DNA of 64,000 nt from the human T2T-CHM13v2.0 reference genome, Homo sapiens (GCF_009914755.1 NC_060934.1), one strand, 5' to 3'; counted from the stretch's first letter, positions 1 through 13,405 are shown. Notes: generated from the letters alone by a model not told the origin. Numbers and translations are program-made.

Positions 1-425
1 AACATAAGGCTTTTTGGTTTTAATATAAACAATATAATTTATATCTCTTTTGAGGTAATGCTTCGCTGGATAGTATGTTTAGATATGTTATTTTATTTTT
101 ACTAATTTTCAGTCTTTAAAAAATTTCCATATCTTCTTTGACCCATGAAGCAGTTAAAAGTTTTTTTGGGGGGTGCAGATATTATTTTTCTTACAAAATG
201 TATGAAGTTGCTTCTGATTGTCCTGCATCAGATGATTTTTTTCTGAAGTTACAAACTCTGGAATTTGCTAGAACTTGCTTTAAAACCTGACACTTGGTCA
301 ACTTAAATATATGTACATACATGTATATATATATGTATATTTTTCCATGTATGCTTAAGAAAAAATGTTGATTCCATAATCATTGGGTAGAGTGTTCCAT
401 ACATCCATTGAATATTTAATTGGGA
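1..425 (-). mobile_element. Old LINE-1 (L1M/L1ME-type) ORF2 fragment
   Basis: T-rich degenerate antisense L1 motifs (e.g. ttgggtagagtgttccatacatcc at ~383-406); boundaries approximate. Confidence 0.55.
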
Positions 426-429
426 ATTT

Positions 430-717
430 ATTATCACTGCTCTCCTAGAAATGAGACTGGGATGACCCTGATAGGAAAAGAAGCAGCAGGCAGGAGGAAG
501 AGCATCCTCTTTTCCAGCTCTACAGCCTTCCTGAAGCTCCATCTATTGGCAGAGCCCAACAGGAAGCTGCCGGCCAAGGAACAATGCAGTTTCTAAGTCC
601 CTGCCCCAGCCTTGCAAAGATAGACGGGTGGGTTTATCCGCACCATAAGACAGGGTGAGAAAAAAAAAAAAGAGGGTGGGTTCAGAGCCAAGAGACAATG
701 TCTCAGTAATTGTCATA
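430..717 (-). mobile_element. ERVL LTR fragment (LTR33/LTR41-like)
   Basis: ctattggcagagcccaacaggaagctg...gggtgggttcagagccaagagacaat resembles the reverse complement of the LTR33/LTR41-family 5' end. Confidence 0.6.
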
Positions 718-959
718 CTTGCCAAGAAATAAAAATTGTAATTAGCTTATGTGCATCTGAGGTTCCAAAATATTGCTACAGATAGCATCAAGCCATGATA
801 AATCCATAGTAGTAGGGCCAAATCTCTAATCTGGATTTGTTAAAACAGTGCCTGAAGGAAATGATGGTGTGGTGACTCAATAATTCTTTTGGAAATATTT
901 TTCTTTTCTCATGTTTTATCTTCCCAAGTATCTCTGTTAGCCTACAACTATCTGAAGTA

Positions 960-1323
960 CAGTCATGTGCTACTCAACAACAGGGATCCATTCCGAGAAA
1001 TGTGTCCTTAGATGATTTCTTTGTTGTGTGCACATCACAGAGTGCACTTACACAATCCTAGAGGATAGAAGCTACTACACATGTCAGCTGTAGGGCATAG
1101 CCTATTGCTCCTAGGCTACAACTTGTACAGCCTGTGACTGTACGGAATACTGCAGGCAGTTGTAACACGTGGTAAGTATTTGTGTATCTAAACATACCCA
1201 GACAGAGGAGAGATACAGGAATAGATAGAACAGGAATTTTTCAGTTCCATTATAATCTTATAGGACTACTGTCCTATATGCAGTCTATCATCGAGCTAAA
1301 CGTCATTATGAGCTGCATGACTC
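960..1323. mobile_element. Tigger3a (MER7A) non-autonomous TcMar-Tigger DNA transposon
   Basis: Terminal inverted repeats cagtcatg.../...catgactc, TA on both sides (958-959, 1324-1325), internal gcctattgctcctaggctaca and ggtaagtatttgtgtatctaaacata motifs. Confidence 0.9.
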
Positions 1324-1544
1324 TATTTCACAGTCAGTAATAAAAAACCCTTGATCCAAAAAATATATAGGATTTCCTCAAGAGGGAAGAGTCACCAACA
1401 CAGTGGGTTTGGATTTGTCTGTGGGGTCTGCACCATCCTGTCCACATGGCATTTCTTGGATCTCATTGATGGATGTTACTAATCTCAGGCACTCATGGCT
1501 AATGAACAGAGCCATTGCCACACTTTATGAACTACAACAAGAGA

Positions 1545-1650
1545 TGTTTCCATTATACTCTGTTAGGTGCACTGTGCCAGGCATAAGGAGCGGCAGAGAC
1601 AAAACAGAACCTGCCTTTAGGGGTCCTACAATCAAACAAATGAGACAAGA
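1545..1650 (-). mobile_element. L2 3' fragment
   Basis: cactgtgccaggca...aacagaacctgccttt pattern typical of antisense L2. Confidence 0.45.
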
Positions 1651-2310
1651 CATGCTCAGCGTTGTCTACAATAGAATAACTTCCATTGCTTTCCAAGGTA
1701 ACATCATATTTCCTTGTTAGTTTGGCCGGAGATTTCCGAGTTACCCAGCTCTCCTGCTGTCTCTGTAGTCAGCTAGTCATCAGATGTAGCTTATTTTCAT
1801 TACAGCATCTTCAGGAAGCCCCAGATATTTTGTTGCCAACCACCCCTTTAGAAAGCCTCATCCACCCAACCCTAGTTCTGTCTTTATTTTCCAGCTCCTT
1901 ACTCCTCAGCAACCCCCGGAACACCACTTTCTGATTAATCTGCATGACTCAGCACTTTCATAATGTTCCTTCTTGCAACAGAAAGCCTCGGGAGCTTTTC
2001 CTTGACTTGAGTAGCTGACCCTCCTATCAGCATAGCCAGAGAAGAAAAAAAAATGCTGATTATTAATTTAGACATCTTTCAGAATACATATTTTTAGGAA
2101 AATAGTCCCTTGGGATCCTTGCATTCACAAAGGACTTATCCTGATGATCTTATCCAATGCTTTGATTTTTGACTTCTAGAATGATTTCTACATGAAAGAA
2201 CTTGCTTTTTCATTCTCTGGAACAAAATGCATAGTCATTATTACCCACAATTCCAAAAATAAATACCCATATATCTGAGAAATGCTTCCTTGGATATTTT
2301 ATATCTTTTT

Positions 2311-2474
2311 CAAGAACACTTGCATAATTTTCAGGGTCCAGAGCAAAATAAAAATGCAAGACCTCGGGTTAAAAATTATTAAGAATTTCAAGATGGCAAC
2401 AACAGAGCATTAGGATTTCTGAGTTTGGTGCCTGAGACAGCTGCGCACGTTGTATGCCCATGAAGCCAGCCCTG
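2311..2474 (-). mobile_element. MER45A (hAT-Tip100) MITE
   Basis: aaaaattattaagaatttcaagatggc and terminal gcccatgaagccagccctg match recalled MER45A consensus. Confidence 0.8.
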
Positions 2475-2589
2475 ATCCCTCTATTATGTTTAGAGTTTAT
2501 TCCTTGGAGAATAAGAAAAAATGAACTAAATGCAATTTTGAAGCACATGAACTATATTACCTAAGGCTTCTGATATCTCTGACAGTAGC

Positions 2590-2838
2590 AGACAACACTC
2601 TTGGTGAAGGGAACAACCTGGAAACAAGATTATGTGCACATAATTTTGATGTCACCACTTCCCAGAAGGTTACTTAATTTCTCTTTGACTCAGGTTCCTC
2701 ATCTGTAAAGTTGAGATAGTAATAATAACACCCACACCGTAACATAGGGTTCTTATATGGATTTAATGAAATAATACAGGTAAAGTACTTAGGACAGTGC
2801 CTGGACAGAGAATGCTCTATCACAGTTTGGGCTATTAA
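2590..2838 (+). mobile_element. MIR SINE
   Basis: Core ttacttaatttctct...ctcaggttcctcatctgtaaa and 3' gtaaagtacttaggacagtgcctgg. Confidence 0.8.
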
Positions 2839-3049
2839 AATTATCTCTTTCTTTACAAAGTTTTCTGATTTCTGTTTTTATTCTTAAATTATCTCAGTAT
2901 GTAGCTACATTTTATTATAAGGCATGAAAGTATGACTTAGAAAAAAACCATGCAAATTACAAGAAACATAAATCTACTTAGGGTACTAGGATTGGGGCAT
3001 AAACAAAAAGAAGCATGTAAACCTTGGTGCCAAGCTTAATCAATTGATT

Positions 3050-3450
3050 GGTTGATTCGAGTATTCATTCTTTCAAAAAGCATTCACCTTTGCCCATTAG
3101 TTTCCAAGGAGTTGGAAAGGCACAGATTAACAGATTATAGTCCCAACTCATATTACAGGGTCATGCAGTACCACAAGAAAAGTAAGAAAATACAGTTTGA
3201 GTTGCCCAAAGGAAGGAAACTTGATTAGGTCCTGGATCAGGGTATGGTGGAGAGAATTTGGGAATTTGTTTTAGAGAAAGTGATGGTTATCTCTAGAAAG
3301 ATGAATAGGCAGTTCCTAAGGTAGATTCCTTCAGGATGAAAGTATATTCAAAAGGCTGATGATACAAAAGAATAAGGCATGACTGGGATTCTCTGGAAGT
3401 TTAGTGTAGTGGAAGTTTAAGCTACAGGTAGGGTGGGGGCAAAGAAGTGA
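3050..3450 (-). mobile_element. L2 fragment
   Basis: attcattc-type tail followed by purine-rich degenerate L2 body. Confidence 0.4.
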
Positions 3451-3891
3451 GACACAAAGTTGTCAGCTAAGTGGTTTCCAGACCTCAGGAATAGCTTCAC
3501 ACTCCACATTCAGGAATCTGTCTGCCATCTCATGCACCATGTGGAGCCTGAAAGGTGTGGAGCAAGAAGGAAGGGGGTGCAGGATTGGCAGTGGGATACA
3601 GCAATGTGATTGCTTAGAAGGCAATGAGCTCTCCTTGTCTAACAGTATCTTGAGACTCTGGGACCCTGTCCACTGCAGGTGACCCTGCTTCCCTCCTCTA
3701 AACAAGTGCTCTTGTTTGGTGGATTTGATTTAATTTTTGCAATAGAGGAGACACTTATTGCACTAGATCCAGTACCATATAAAATTTTGAATTAAAATAA
3801 CCATTATAATTGATGTTACCATAGTATAAAAACTAAATTAATAAAATTATTTTTAGTAGACTGTACATGATATTTTCTTTTTTGATCATAG

Positions 3892-3963
3892 AATTTGAAC
3901 AGGAATTTTGGCCTGGAATAGTAGAAAAGGATGTTGTGTGATGTATATTTGCACTGAAAACAG
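3892..3963 (+). other. Candidate 72-nt internal exon (probably non-coding)
   Basis: Acceptor tattttcttttttgatcatag| and consensus donor CAG|GTAAGT; stop codons in all three frames; no transcript evidence available. Confidence 0.4.
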
Positions 3964-4938
3964 GTAAGTTTGTTTTTTTCATCAAATGTCAACTATTTGA
4001 CTGTAAGTGTGCATTGAGTGTTCTGCTTCAAAAAAATTAATTTGTAAAAAAAAAAATAGAAAGAATGCATAGAAGAAATCCAATCTACTTGCCAAGGATG
4101 GATGATTTCTACTGTGGATTTGTACTCTTGCTCTCAACTCCCTGAGAGCTTCCACGCTGGCTGTAGACCCCATCAATTCAGTTTTCAGTGGACAATTCAA
4201 TACAAGGCTGCCTTTTGAGTTTTGGAATGGTTTCCAGTCCACATCGTGGTGATTTCTGTTGGTAGAATATCACCGAATACTGCTCTTAGAATCAGGCGAA
4301 ACATACAGCAGGGCCAAGAACTTATGGGGAATTAGGTACCTGTAACATAGGTGATCCTGCGTATCATGATCTCAGAGCAGATGAAAAGGGAGTTGGGGGT
4401 GAATTATGGGTGCTGAGTTCTTTTCAGTGTGATTACCAAAGCCCCCTGCCAAAGTCTGCAATATCAAGGCCTTGCTAATGTCAGGTTTTATACGCTTTGG
4501 AAGTCACAGATTAGTTGGAAATTGCCATTTCTTATCAAATCAATTTGGATATTAGTTGGGAAAAGTCCTTTACGAAGTGCCTTTGTACTGGTCATGCCAA
4601 ATGCCCATGGGATTAAACAGTTGCACATATATCTGGCTATATAGATATATGGATCCTGTATGTATAAACAAGAGATAAGGATCCTATATGTATAAACACA
4701 AATCCAGTTTTCAATTATCTTTGACAGAGTTGTGGCATAGCTAATACAAGTTATTTATCTTTGCACATAGTTCATATTAGATTAACTTCTGCATTCGTGG
4801 AGAAGGAAAAGCCTGCATTTGAATGCCAACACCTATATTGGTTCACTTGCTTTACTACTTCCCAGCTTTGTGATCTAAATGTCTTCATGTTAGAATTTCA
4901 TCTGTGAAATATGATGTTTTGAAGGTTAAAAGTCATTA

Positions 4939-5379
4939 GGAAATTTTTTATTTTAATGAAACCTAATTTATTAGATTTTTCTTGTGTTGTGCTTTTGTGT
5001 TCTAAGACATTTTTGCCTAAACCAAGATCACAAAGATTTTTCTCCTAAATTTTATTCCAGAATTTTGCAGTTTTAGGTTTTAGGTCTATAATTCATTCCA
5101 AGTTCATTTCTGTATGTGGCACGAGGCAAGAATTAAGGTTTTAGTTTTGCTTTGTTTTGTTTCATGAAGTTGGTCATCTTTTCTGGCACCATTTATTGAA
5201 AATACTATCATTTCTCAATTAATTACCTTAAATTTTTTGTTGAAAATCAATCGACTGTCTATTCTATATCATTCGTCTATTCATTTATCTAATTTTACCT
5301 TGTCTAGATTACTGTAACTTATAGTAAGACCTGAAATTGGGTAGCATGAGTCAACTTGGCTCTTTAAAAAAATATTACT
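4939..5379 (-). mobile_element. Old L1 (L1MB/MC/ME-type) ORF2 3' region, inverted segment
   Basis: Antisense L1 motifs tttttgcctaaaccaagatcacaaagatttt and gattactgtaacttatagtaag. Confidence 0.75.
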
Positions 5380-5674
5380 GGGTGGGTGTGGTGGCTCACG
5401 CCTGTAATCCCAGCACTTTGGGAGGCTGAGGTGTGTGGATCACCGAGGTCAGGAGTTCGAGATCAGCCTAACTCTACTAAAAATACAAAATTAACCAGGC
5501 GTGGTGGTGCAAGCCTATAATCCCAGCTACCAGGGAGGCTGAGGCTGGAGAATCACTTGAACCCGGGAGGCGCGGTGAGCCGAGATTGCGCCATTGCACT
5601 CCAGCCTGGGCAACAAGAGTGAAACTCCGTCTCAGAAACCAAAACCAAAACCAAAACCAAAACCAAAAACAAAA
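5380..5674 (+). mobile_element. AluS (Sq/Sp-like) with two small internal deletions and an (AAAACC)n tail
   Basis: Alu dimer; ggcaacaagagtgaaactcc diagnostic; deletions near 5470 and 5572. Confidence 0.92.
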
Positions 5675-6345
<671 letters not shown>

Positions 6346-6514
6346 TATGCTTATATAAGATAAATGTTTTTCTCTCTTTTAATGCTTGGGGAAATTCTGT
6401 TTTGAACCCATTTGAGTCTAGAGTTTTCCTGTAGGTTCAATGTCTTTACAAATGTTCAATCAATCATATTTCCTATTTCTTCTTGTTAATTTGTTGATCT
6501 GTTTTTTTGTGTGC

Positions 6515-6815
6515 TTTTTTTTTTTTTTTTTTTTGAGACAAAGTCTCACTCTGTTTCCCAGGCTGGAGTGCAGCGGCACGATCTCAGCTCACTACAAGCT
6601 CCACCTCCCCAGTTCACACCATTCTCCTGCCTCAGCCTCCTGAGTAGCTGGGACTACAGGTGCCCGCCACCACATCTGGCTAATTTTTTGTATTTTTAGT
6701 AGAGATGGGGTTCCACTGTGTTAGCCAGGATGGTCTCGATCTCCTGACCTCGTGATCCACCCACCTCGGCCTCCCAAATTGCTGGGATTACAGGCATGAG
6801 CCACCACTCCCAGCC
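6515..6815 (-). mobile_element. AluY
   Basis: Poly(T) then Alu with AluY diagnostics caagctccacctcc, ttcacaccattctcc, gtgttagccaggatggtctcgatctcc. Confidence 0.92.
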
Positions 6816-7606
6816 ATTTTTGTAGTTCTTTAGTAACTTGTCTACTTTATCTAAATTTTCAAATTTACTGGAACAACATTTTTACAATAGTCTCCTATTT
6901 TTATGAACTTATGAACTAATGATATCCAATTTTTTACTCTTGATATTAGAAATTTGTGCCTTACCTCTTTTTCTTTTTAAGAATTTTCAGATGGTTATCA
7001 ATTTTATTTTCCTAATACCAAATTTTGGCTTGGTTAATTCTCTCTGTATTTGTTTTCTAATTAGTGTATTTCTGCTATTATTTATTTTATTTCTTTCCTT
7101 TTACTTTAATTAGGTTTATTTTGGAGTTCTTTCTAACTTCATAATATTTTTTCTTAGATTGTTAATGTTTGACTTTTAACCCTACCTTTTAAATAAATGC
7201 TTTTATATTGCTTTAATTGGATACAATGTTTTGTAATAGTGTTCATTCATTATTAAATTTAACATTTTCTAATTTTTCTCATTAATCTTTCCTTGACATA
7301 TGAATTACCTAAAAATGTACTGCTTAAATTTCAAACATTTAAGAATTTTCTTTTTGTTGTTATGTTGCTTAATCTCACTCTGGTCTGTATAATTTCAACA
7401 TTGAAATTTGTGAAATCTCACCTTATAATTCAGCATATAATCATTTTTTTAGGAAGTGTCACGTACACTTGAAAATAATTTGCATTCTGTATGTGCTGGG
7501 TGTAGTGTTCTACATACCTTAATCAGGTCATGTTTGACAATCATTTGTTTATGCATTATTTGTCTTTAACTGAGTTATTTTTTTCTGCAAGTTTCTCAAA
7601 GACGTA

Positions 7607-10243
7607 TAGCCAACTCCCACATAGTCAAAAATCCACCTATAACTTCTAACTCTTCCCAAAGTTTAACTACTAATAACTTACTGTTGACTGGAAGCCTTAT
7701 TGATAATATAAACAGTCGATTAACACACATTTTTTATGTTATTTGTATTACATATTGTAGTCTTACAAGAAAGCAAGCTAGAGAAAAGGAAATGCTATTA
7801 AGAAAATTATAAGGAAGAGGAAATATTCACTACTCGTAAAGTGAAATTGGATCCTCAAAAAGGTCTTCGTTCTCCTCATCTTTACAGTTGAGTAGGCTGA
7901 AGAGGAGGAGGACAAGGAAGGGTTGATCTTGGTGTCTCAGGGGTGGCAGAGGGGAAGAGGTGAGGAGATGAGGCAGGAGAGGCTGGGAAACTCCATGTCA
8001 CTTTATGGAAATACATAATAATTTCTGTCTTTTTTGCTTTTTCATTTTTTTAAAAAATGTTTTTATACAGCACCATGGTTTACTTTAGTTTCACTGCCTG
8101 TATCATAGAAAGGTCTGTGTCATAAAAGAAGTCAAAAGCAGTCTTGACTCATTGGAATGCTCCTGCTGGATTGTCTAAGATCAGCTTGTTTCCTAGAATT
8201 GCTTCTGTTTTGTGGTCTTCTTCATCATCTGGCACCAAGTTGTCTTCTGTTAATTCCTCTGGTGTGGTGTGTATTAGCTCTTGACTTTCTCCAAGAAATC
8301 TTGAAATCTTTCACCCCATCCCCCCCAACCCTTTTTGCCATATCCACAATCTCTTTCATGATTTCCTTGATTGGCTCTCTCGTAAATCCTGTGAAGTCAT
8401 GTGTAACATCTGGACACAGTTTTCTCCGGCAAGAATTTATTATTTCAGGCTTGATGGCTTTCACAGATTTTTCTATAACAACAATGACATCTTCAATGGT
8501 GTCATCTTTCCATACTTTCTTGATGTTCTCTCTCTCTAGGTTCTCTCCCATAGCTTTGACCATCCTTTCCATAGAGTACCATGTGTAATGAGAGTTAGAG
8601 GTCCTTTTTACTCCCTGATCTAGAGACTGAATTAGAGACATTAGGTTTGGGGACAAGTAGTCCACTTTGATGCCTTCAGTGTCAAAATCATGGGGTCCTG
8701 GGTGGTTGGGGCATTGCTCAATATCAAAATAACTTTAAGAGGAGTCCCTTACTGGCCAGGTACTTCCTGTCTTCAGGGACAAAGCATCAATGTAATAAAT
8801 TCAGAAAAAGGGTTCTCATTGCCCAGGCCTTCCTGTATACAATCAAAAGACTGGCAGCTGGTGTTTCTTTTCCCTTCAAGACTCAAGGGTTAGCAACTTT
8901 ATGGATAAGGGCAGTCCTAACCATAGGCCTGATTGCATTTGAACAAAACAGTAGAGTTAGCCCATCCCTTCCTGCCTCAAATCCTGGTGCTCGCTTCTCA
9001 TCCTCACCAATAAATGGGTTTTTTTTGTGGCATTTTTTTCCCAAGAATGGAGCACTTTCACTGGTATTCAAATTCTGTTTAGGCAGATATCCTTTCTCCT
9101 CAATGATTTTCTTAATAATGTCTAGGAACTTGTCTGTTTCCTCTTAGCAAAAGCTACTTCTTTTGCTATCTTGACATTTTTTAAGCCAAACTTTTTTTTC
9201 CATAATTATTTAACCCTCCTTTTTCTGGCATTAAATTCTCCAGAATTAGATTGTTCACCTGCCTTTTGCTTTAAGTTGTCATATGATCTCTTCACTTTTT
9301 CTTAAATCATATGAGAGTCTACAGGTATGGCTTTCTTATAGCAATCCTGCACTCACATTAAAGCTGATTTTCAATACTAGATAAAAAGTTATTACACAAA
9401 AAAGTGCAACATTTTTGCATGTGCTGGTGTAGCTGCAGTGATGGCTTCACAAACCTCCTTTTCTTTTTTTTACAGTGATCCTTATGCTCAATTCATTTAT
9501 CTTGAAATGGTGGGCAACCACAGCCGCAGACTTCAACCTATGGTACATAACAAGCAATTCAACCTTTTCTTGTGATGTCATGACTTTTCCCTGCTTTCTG
9601 GGAGCACTTCCAGTATCACCAGTGGCACTTTGCATAGGTCTCATGGTATTATTCAAGGTTTATGACGTTGCACTAAACACGATGAAAAGTACACAAGAAC
9701 TGCAATAAATCACTATTTACTGTGATACCTGATTTACTGGAAAGACAAACTGCTCATATGGAAGTGATTTAATGTCACTGGGCATTTAAGCAGGTACTTG
9801 CAACACTGCTCAGTGCAATAGCAACAGAAGATGTGTACAAAATTATTATAGTAGTGCAATATGTACTACAATTAATTTCTGCAGTTATTATTTAATACTG
9901 ACTGCCTCTTTACACTTGTTTATATTCCCTTGACTGCAAACAGTTTTGTGTATAATCTGTGTTTGTGTGTGTGTATGTTTTGATAAATTTTAACTTTTAT
10001 ACTAGATTTGTGTATATTTTATAATAATAAATGGTAAACTGATATCTACATATATATACATATATTTTATTATGACATACTTAACTTCTTCTTAATATTT
10101 TTATAGTTTTAGGCTATGTAGTTCATCTGTGAATTTTTTCGAATAGTCACAAATCTCCAAAAAATGTTCCAATATATTTACTGAAAAAAATTTGCATGTA
10201 AGCAGATCTGTGCAGTTCAAACCCATGTTGTTTAAGTCAAGTG
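7607..10243 (-). mobile_element. Near-full-length Tigger2 DNA transposon (about 2.6 kb)
   Basis: Right TIR gcagttcaaacccatgttgtttaagtcaagtg + TA; left end homologous to the Tigger2a copy at 54297 but with most of the TIR deleted; encodes transposase fragments. Confidence 0.9.
8225..9656 (-). pseudogene. Disrupted Tigger2 (pogo/CENP-B-like) transposase
   Basis: ORF pieces 9447-9656 (KVMTSQEKVELL...VAHHFKINELSIRIT, HTH-like), 8883-9071 (GFEAGRDGLTLLFCSNA) and 8225-8665 (SLIQSLDQGV, DDE region); frameshifted. Confidence 0.85.
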
Positions 10244-12229
10244 TATTTTAAAACCTCCCACTATATTGCTTGATTGGTCTATTGCTTCTTTTAGTCCAGT
10301 TAACTTTTGGTTTATATATTTTGAGGCTATGCTATTAGATCCATAAATGTCTTGAATTTTTATATTTTTTTACTTTTTTAAATGTTTTAAAATCACCTTT
10401 AAGTATATTATCTGCAGTAGTGCTTCTTGCCTTAAAGTCTACATTATCTGATACACTGGCTCTCTTTTGGTTAGTGTTTTTATATGTCTATTCTTTATTT
10501 TCCAATTTTTTGTTTCATTATATTTAAACTGTTTTTGAGCACTGTGCCATTGGATATTATTTTTTCCTAGCCTGACAATCTTGGACTTAAATTGTAGTTT
10601 TCAGTCAATTTACACTTAATTCCTGAAATATGTGTAGTAAAGCCTATTGTTTTAATACTTGTTTTCTGCTCCCTCTGTTCTGTTACCTGTCTACTCCCTT
10701 TATTCTATTTCCCTCTCTCCTTCTCTCTTCTTATAGATTAAGCAAGCATTCTTTTATTATTTCATTTTCCCCCTACATTAGCTTGTCAGTTCTGTATTTT
10801 TCTAATGGCTTTAATGTATTTTTTCTAGAGATTAAAATATAAATTTCTAGAGTCTAAAATAACTTAGTACTTTTATACTATTTACCAGAAAATTGCAGAG
10901 GAGGAATCTTAAAGCCCTTTAACCCCTTTAACTGCGTTTACTTTCCTGGTCTCCAGTATTACTGTTGTGTATTGTATTCTTTAAATATAGTTTAATTTCT
11001 ATATGACATCAATTTATATATTCAACATTAATTTATAAATATTATAATTCCTTTATTCTTCTTTTTCTCCTGCATTGCTATATCCTTATCTAGGATCATT
11101 TCACTTCTTTCTGAGTAACTCCCTTTAGTCCATATTTTTAAGTGCAAATCTGCTGGTGACTACTTCTCTTTAGTTTTGTTTTCTGAAAATGTCTTAATTT
11201 TATCTTCATTTTTAAAGGTTATGGCTGATGATTTAAAAATTCTAGGCAGACAGTTATTTTCTTTATCCTCAAATATATCATTTCATTGTCTTCTGGCTTC
11301 TTTAGTCTTTGTTGAGAAATCTTTGTCAGGCTTACTGTTGCTGCTCTGTAGGTAAAATGTTTTCCCACTTCTGGCTTATTTTAAAATTTTCAGTTAATTA
11401 TAATGTTTCAGTAGTGTTACTATGATGTGCCTAGTGATTGTTCTGTTTATGTTTAATCCTTATTTGTGCCCTTTGTCATTCTCAAATCTGTAACTTAATG
11501 CCTTTAATTGTTTTAGAATATTCTTGGTCAGTATTTTTCAAATAGGGTTATTATACCATGTTCTTTCTTCTTTCTGGTCCTCAATTGCTGTGTGGTAATT
11601 CATACCTTAATCCTATATTTCATTTGCGCTTTTCTTTGGATTACACCTTTCGAGATCTACCAAGCTTTAATGTGTATATTTCCCTCTGACTTATCTTCCA
11701 TTTAACTAATTGTCTGCTTAGCTATTTCTAAAATACTGTTAAATCCATTCCTTGAGTTTTAATTTCTGATATTTTATTTTTCATTCTAGAATATCAAAAG
11801 TAACTATTTGTAGTTTTCAATTCTCCAGGTTGTTACTTAATTCCTTGATCATAGTAGTCACATTTATCTTAAGTTTTGTATATAATAACCATGAAATTTC
11901 CATCTCCTCTGGCTTTCTATTTTCTAATTTATTTTCTTTTTTATCTGCTCTTGCCTGTTTGTAAGCATCAGCATTTTAGACTTAATATTTGTCTTTGAAT
12001 ATTCTAGAGACAATTCAAAGCTCTAGAGATTACTACCATCATCTAGAGAGGATTGCTTTTGCTTCTTTGGACAGCTAGGTAAAGGTTTGATTATCTTAAT
12101 GATGATTGCAAATGCATGTTTTCATCTTTTTAAGTTAACCTCAGTGTAGTTCATCCATGAGCTATCTGGCTGTCACTGGAAATGTTATTCCCCTCTTCAG
12201 TGTCTTTTTTTGTGCTCAATTCTTAGCTC

Positions 12230-12845
12230 ACTTATTTTTCAGGCTTTTTCCTAATATAATATTTAAAGATAAAAATTTCCTCTCTATTATGCTTTCTGTG
12301 CACTAATATTTTCTGATATCCTATATGAGTTCTTCTTTTACTCCCATTTTTAAAGATATGTTTATGTTTTACAAATACATGAAGTTTTTGGTTATCTTTC
12401 TGTCATTGACATCTAAACTCATTTTATTGTAATTAGAACATGTACTCTAAGTGGTAACAATCCTTTAAAAATGTATTGAGAATTTCTTTCTTGTTTTTAA
12501 ATTTTATTTTAGATAAAGAGTCTCACTCTGTCATCTATCCTGAAGTGGTGCTGTGGCATGACTATAGCTCACTGCAGAGTTGAACCCCTGGGCTCAAGTG
12601 ATCCTCCTATCTTAGCCCCTTGAGTACTTCTGGCTTCACAGGATCCTCCTGCCTTGGCCTCCCAAAGTGCTAAGATTACAGACATGAGCCACCATGCCTG
12701 GCCAGGAATCAATTTAGTGGTCTGGCACATTGTCATTTTTTAAAGTTATTCTTACATTATTGAAAGGAATATAAATTCTCCAATTTGGGGGTGTAATAAG
12801 TCTTTTAGGTCAATTATCTGTGTTTTTGAAATCTTCTATATGTTC
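12230..12845 (-). mobile_element. Old L1 ORF2 fragment split by an Alu
   Basis: Antisense L1 motifs on both sides of the Alu. Confidence 0.55.
12495..12703 (-). mobile_element. AluJ with central deletion
   Basis: Right arm (ctgggctcaagtgatcctcc) joined to left-arm 5' end (ggcctcccaaagtgctaagattacag); linker absent. Confidence 0.85.
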
Positions 12846-12849
12846 AATA

Positions 12850-13405
12850 TATACCAGTAGATGTTCAACATTATTAATGATCAAGACAAAAAATCATGCA
12901 TACAATGAAGTATTATTTTAACTTTATTCCATGCTAAATTATTAGAAAGTCTGGATAGGGTATTGTTCTCCAGAATCTCTTCTGCATTGATGGCCATGTA
13001 AGTGCATGAACCCACTTTGAAAAACAGTCCCTCATTAACTTACAGAGTTAAATATTCATATAACTTCTTACACACAATTTCACTCTTTGTTTATCTTTAA
13101 GCAAAACTTTCACACAAGAAAATTCATAGCAGTACTATTTACAGAAATTATAAAAACAACACAAATGCTTATCAACAGGAGAGTGCAGGAATCAACTCTG
13201 GTATGTTTACATAAAAAATGTAAACAAACTAGACAGCCATGCTACATACAATATGAATAAAGCTCAGCTATATCCAGTTAAATGTAAAAATAAGCCCAGG
13301 AGATTATATATAGCATCATACAACTTTTATAACGTTTAAAAAATGTAAATACAAAATATAACTTCATGGCACACATAGGGATGCAATAAAACCATACAAA
13401 AAGGA
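12850..13405 (+). mobile_element. L1ME-type 3' end fragment
   Basis: Degenerate L1 ORF2 C-terminal/3' UTR motifs (agatgttcaacattatta, cccactttgaaaaacagt). Confidence 0.55.

Larger units (their letters stand above)
6350..12150 (-). mobile_element. Old L1M element (ORF2 5' half, ORF1) split by AluY and Tigger2
   Basis: Continuous T-rich antisense L1 sequence that resumes across both insertions (aaagacgta|ttttaaaacctccc). Confidence 0.7.

Noticed and set aside
3892-3963. In-frame TGA next to Cys as possible selenocysteine
   Set aside because: No recognisable selenoprotein homology, no other exons and no SECIS identified
4651-4698. 28-bp-period duplication ggatcct.tatgtataaaca
   Set aside because: Ordinary two-copy slippage duplication with no further structure
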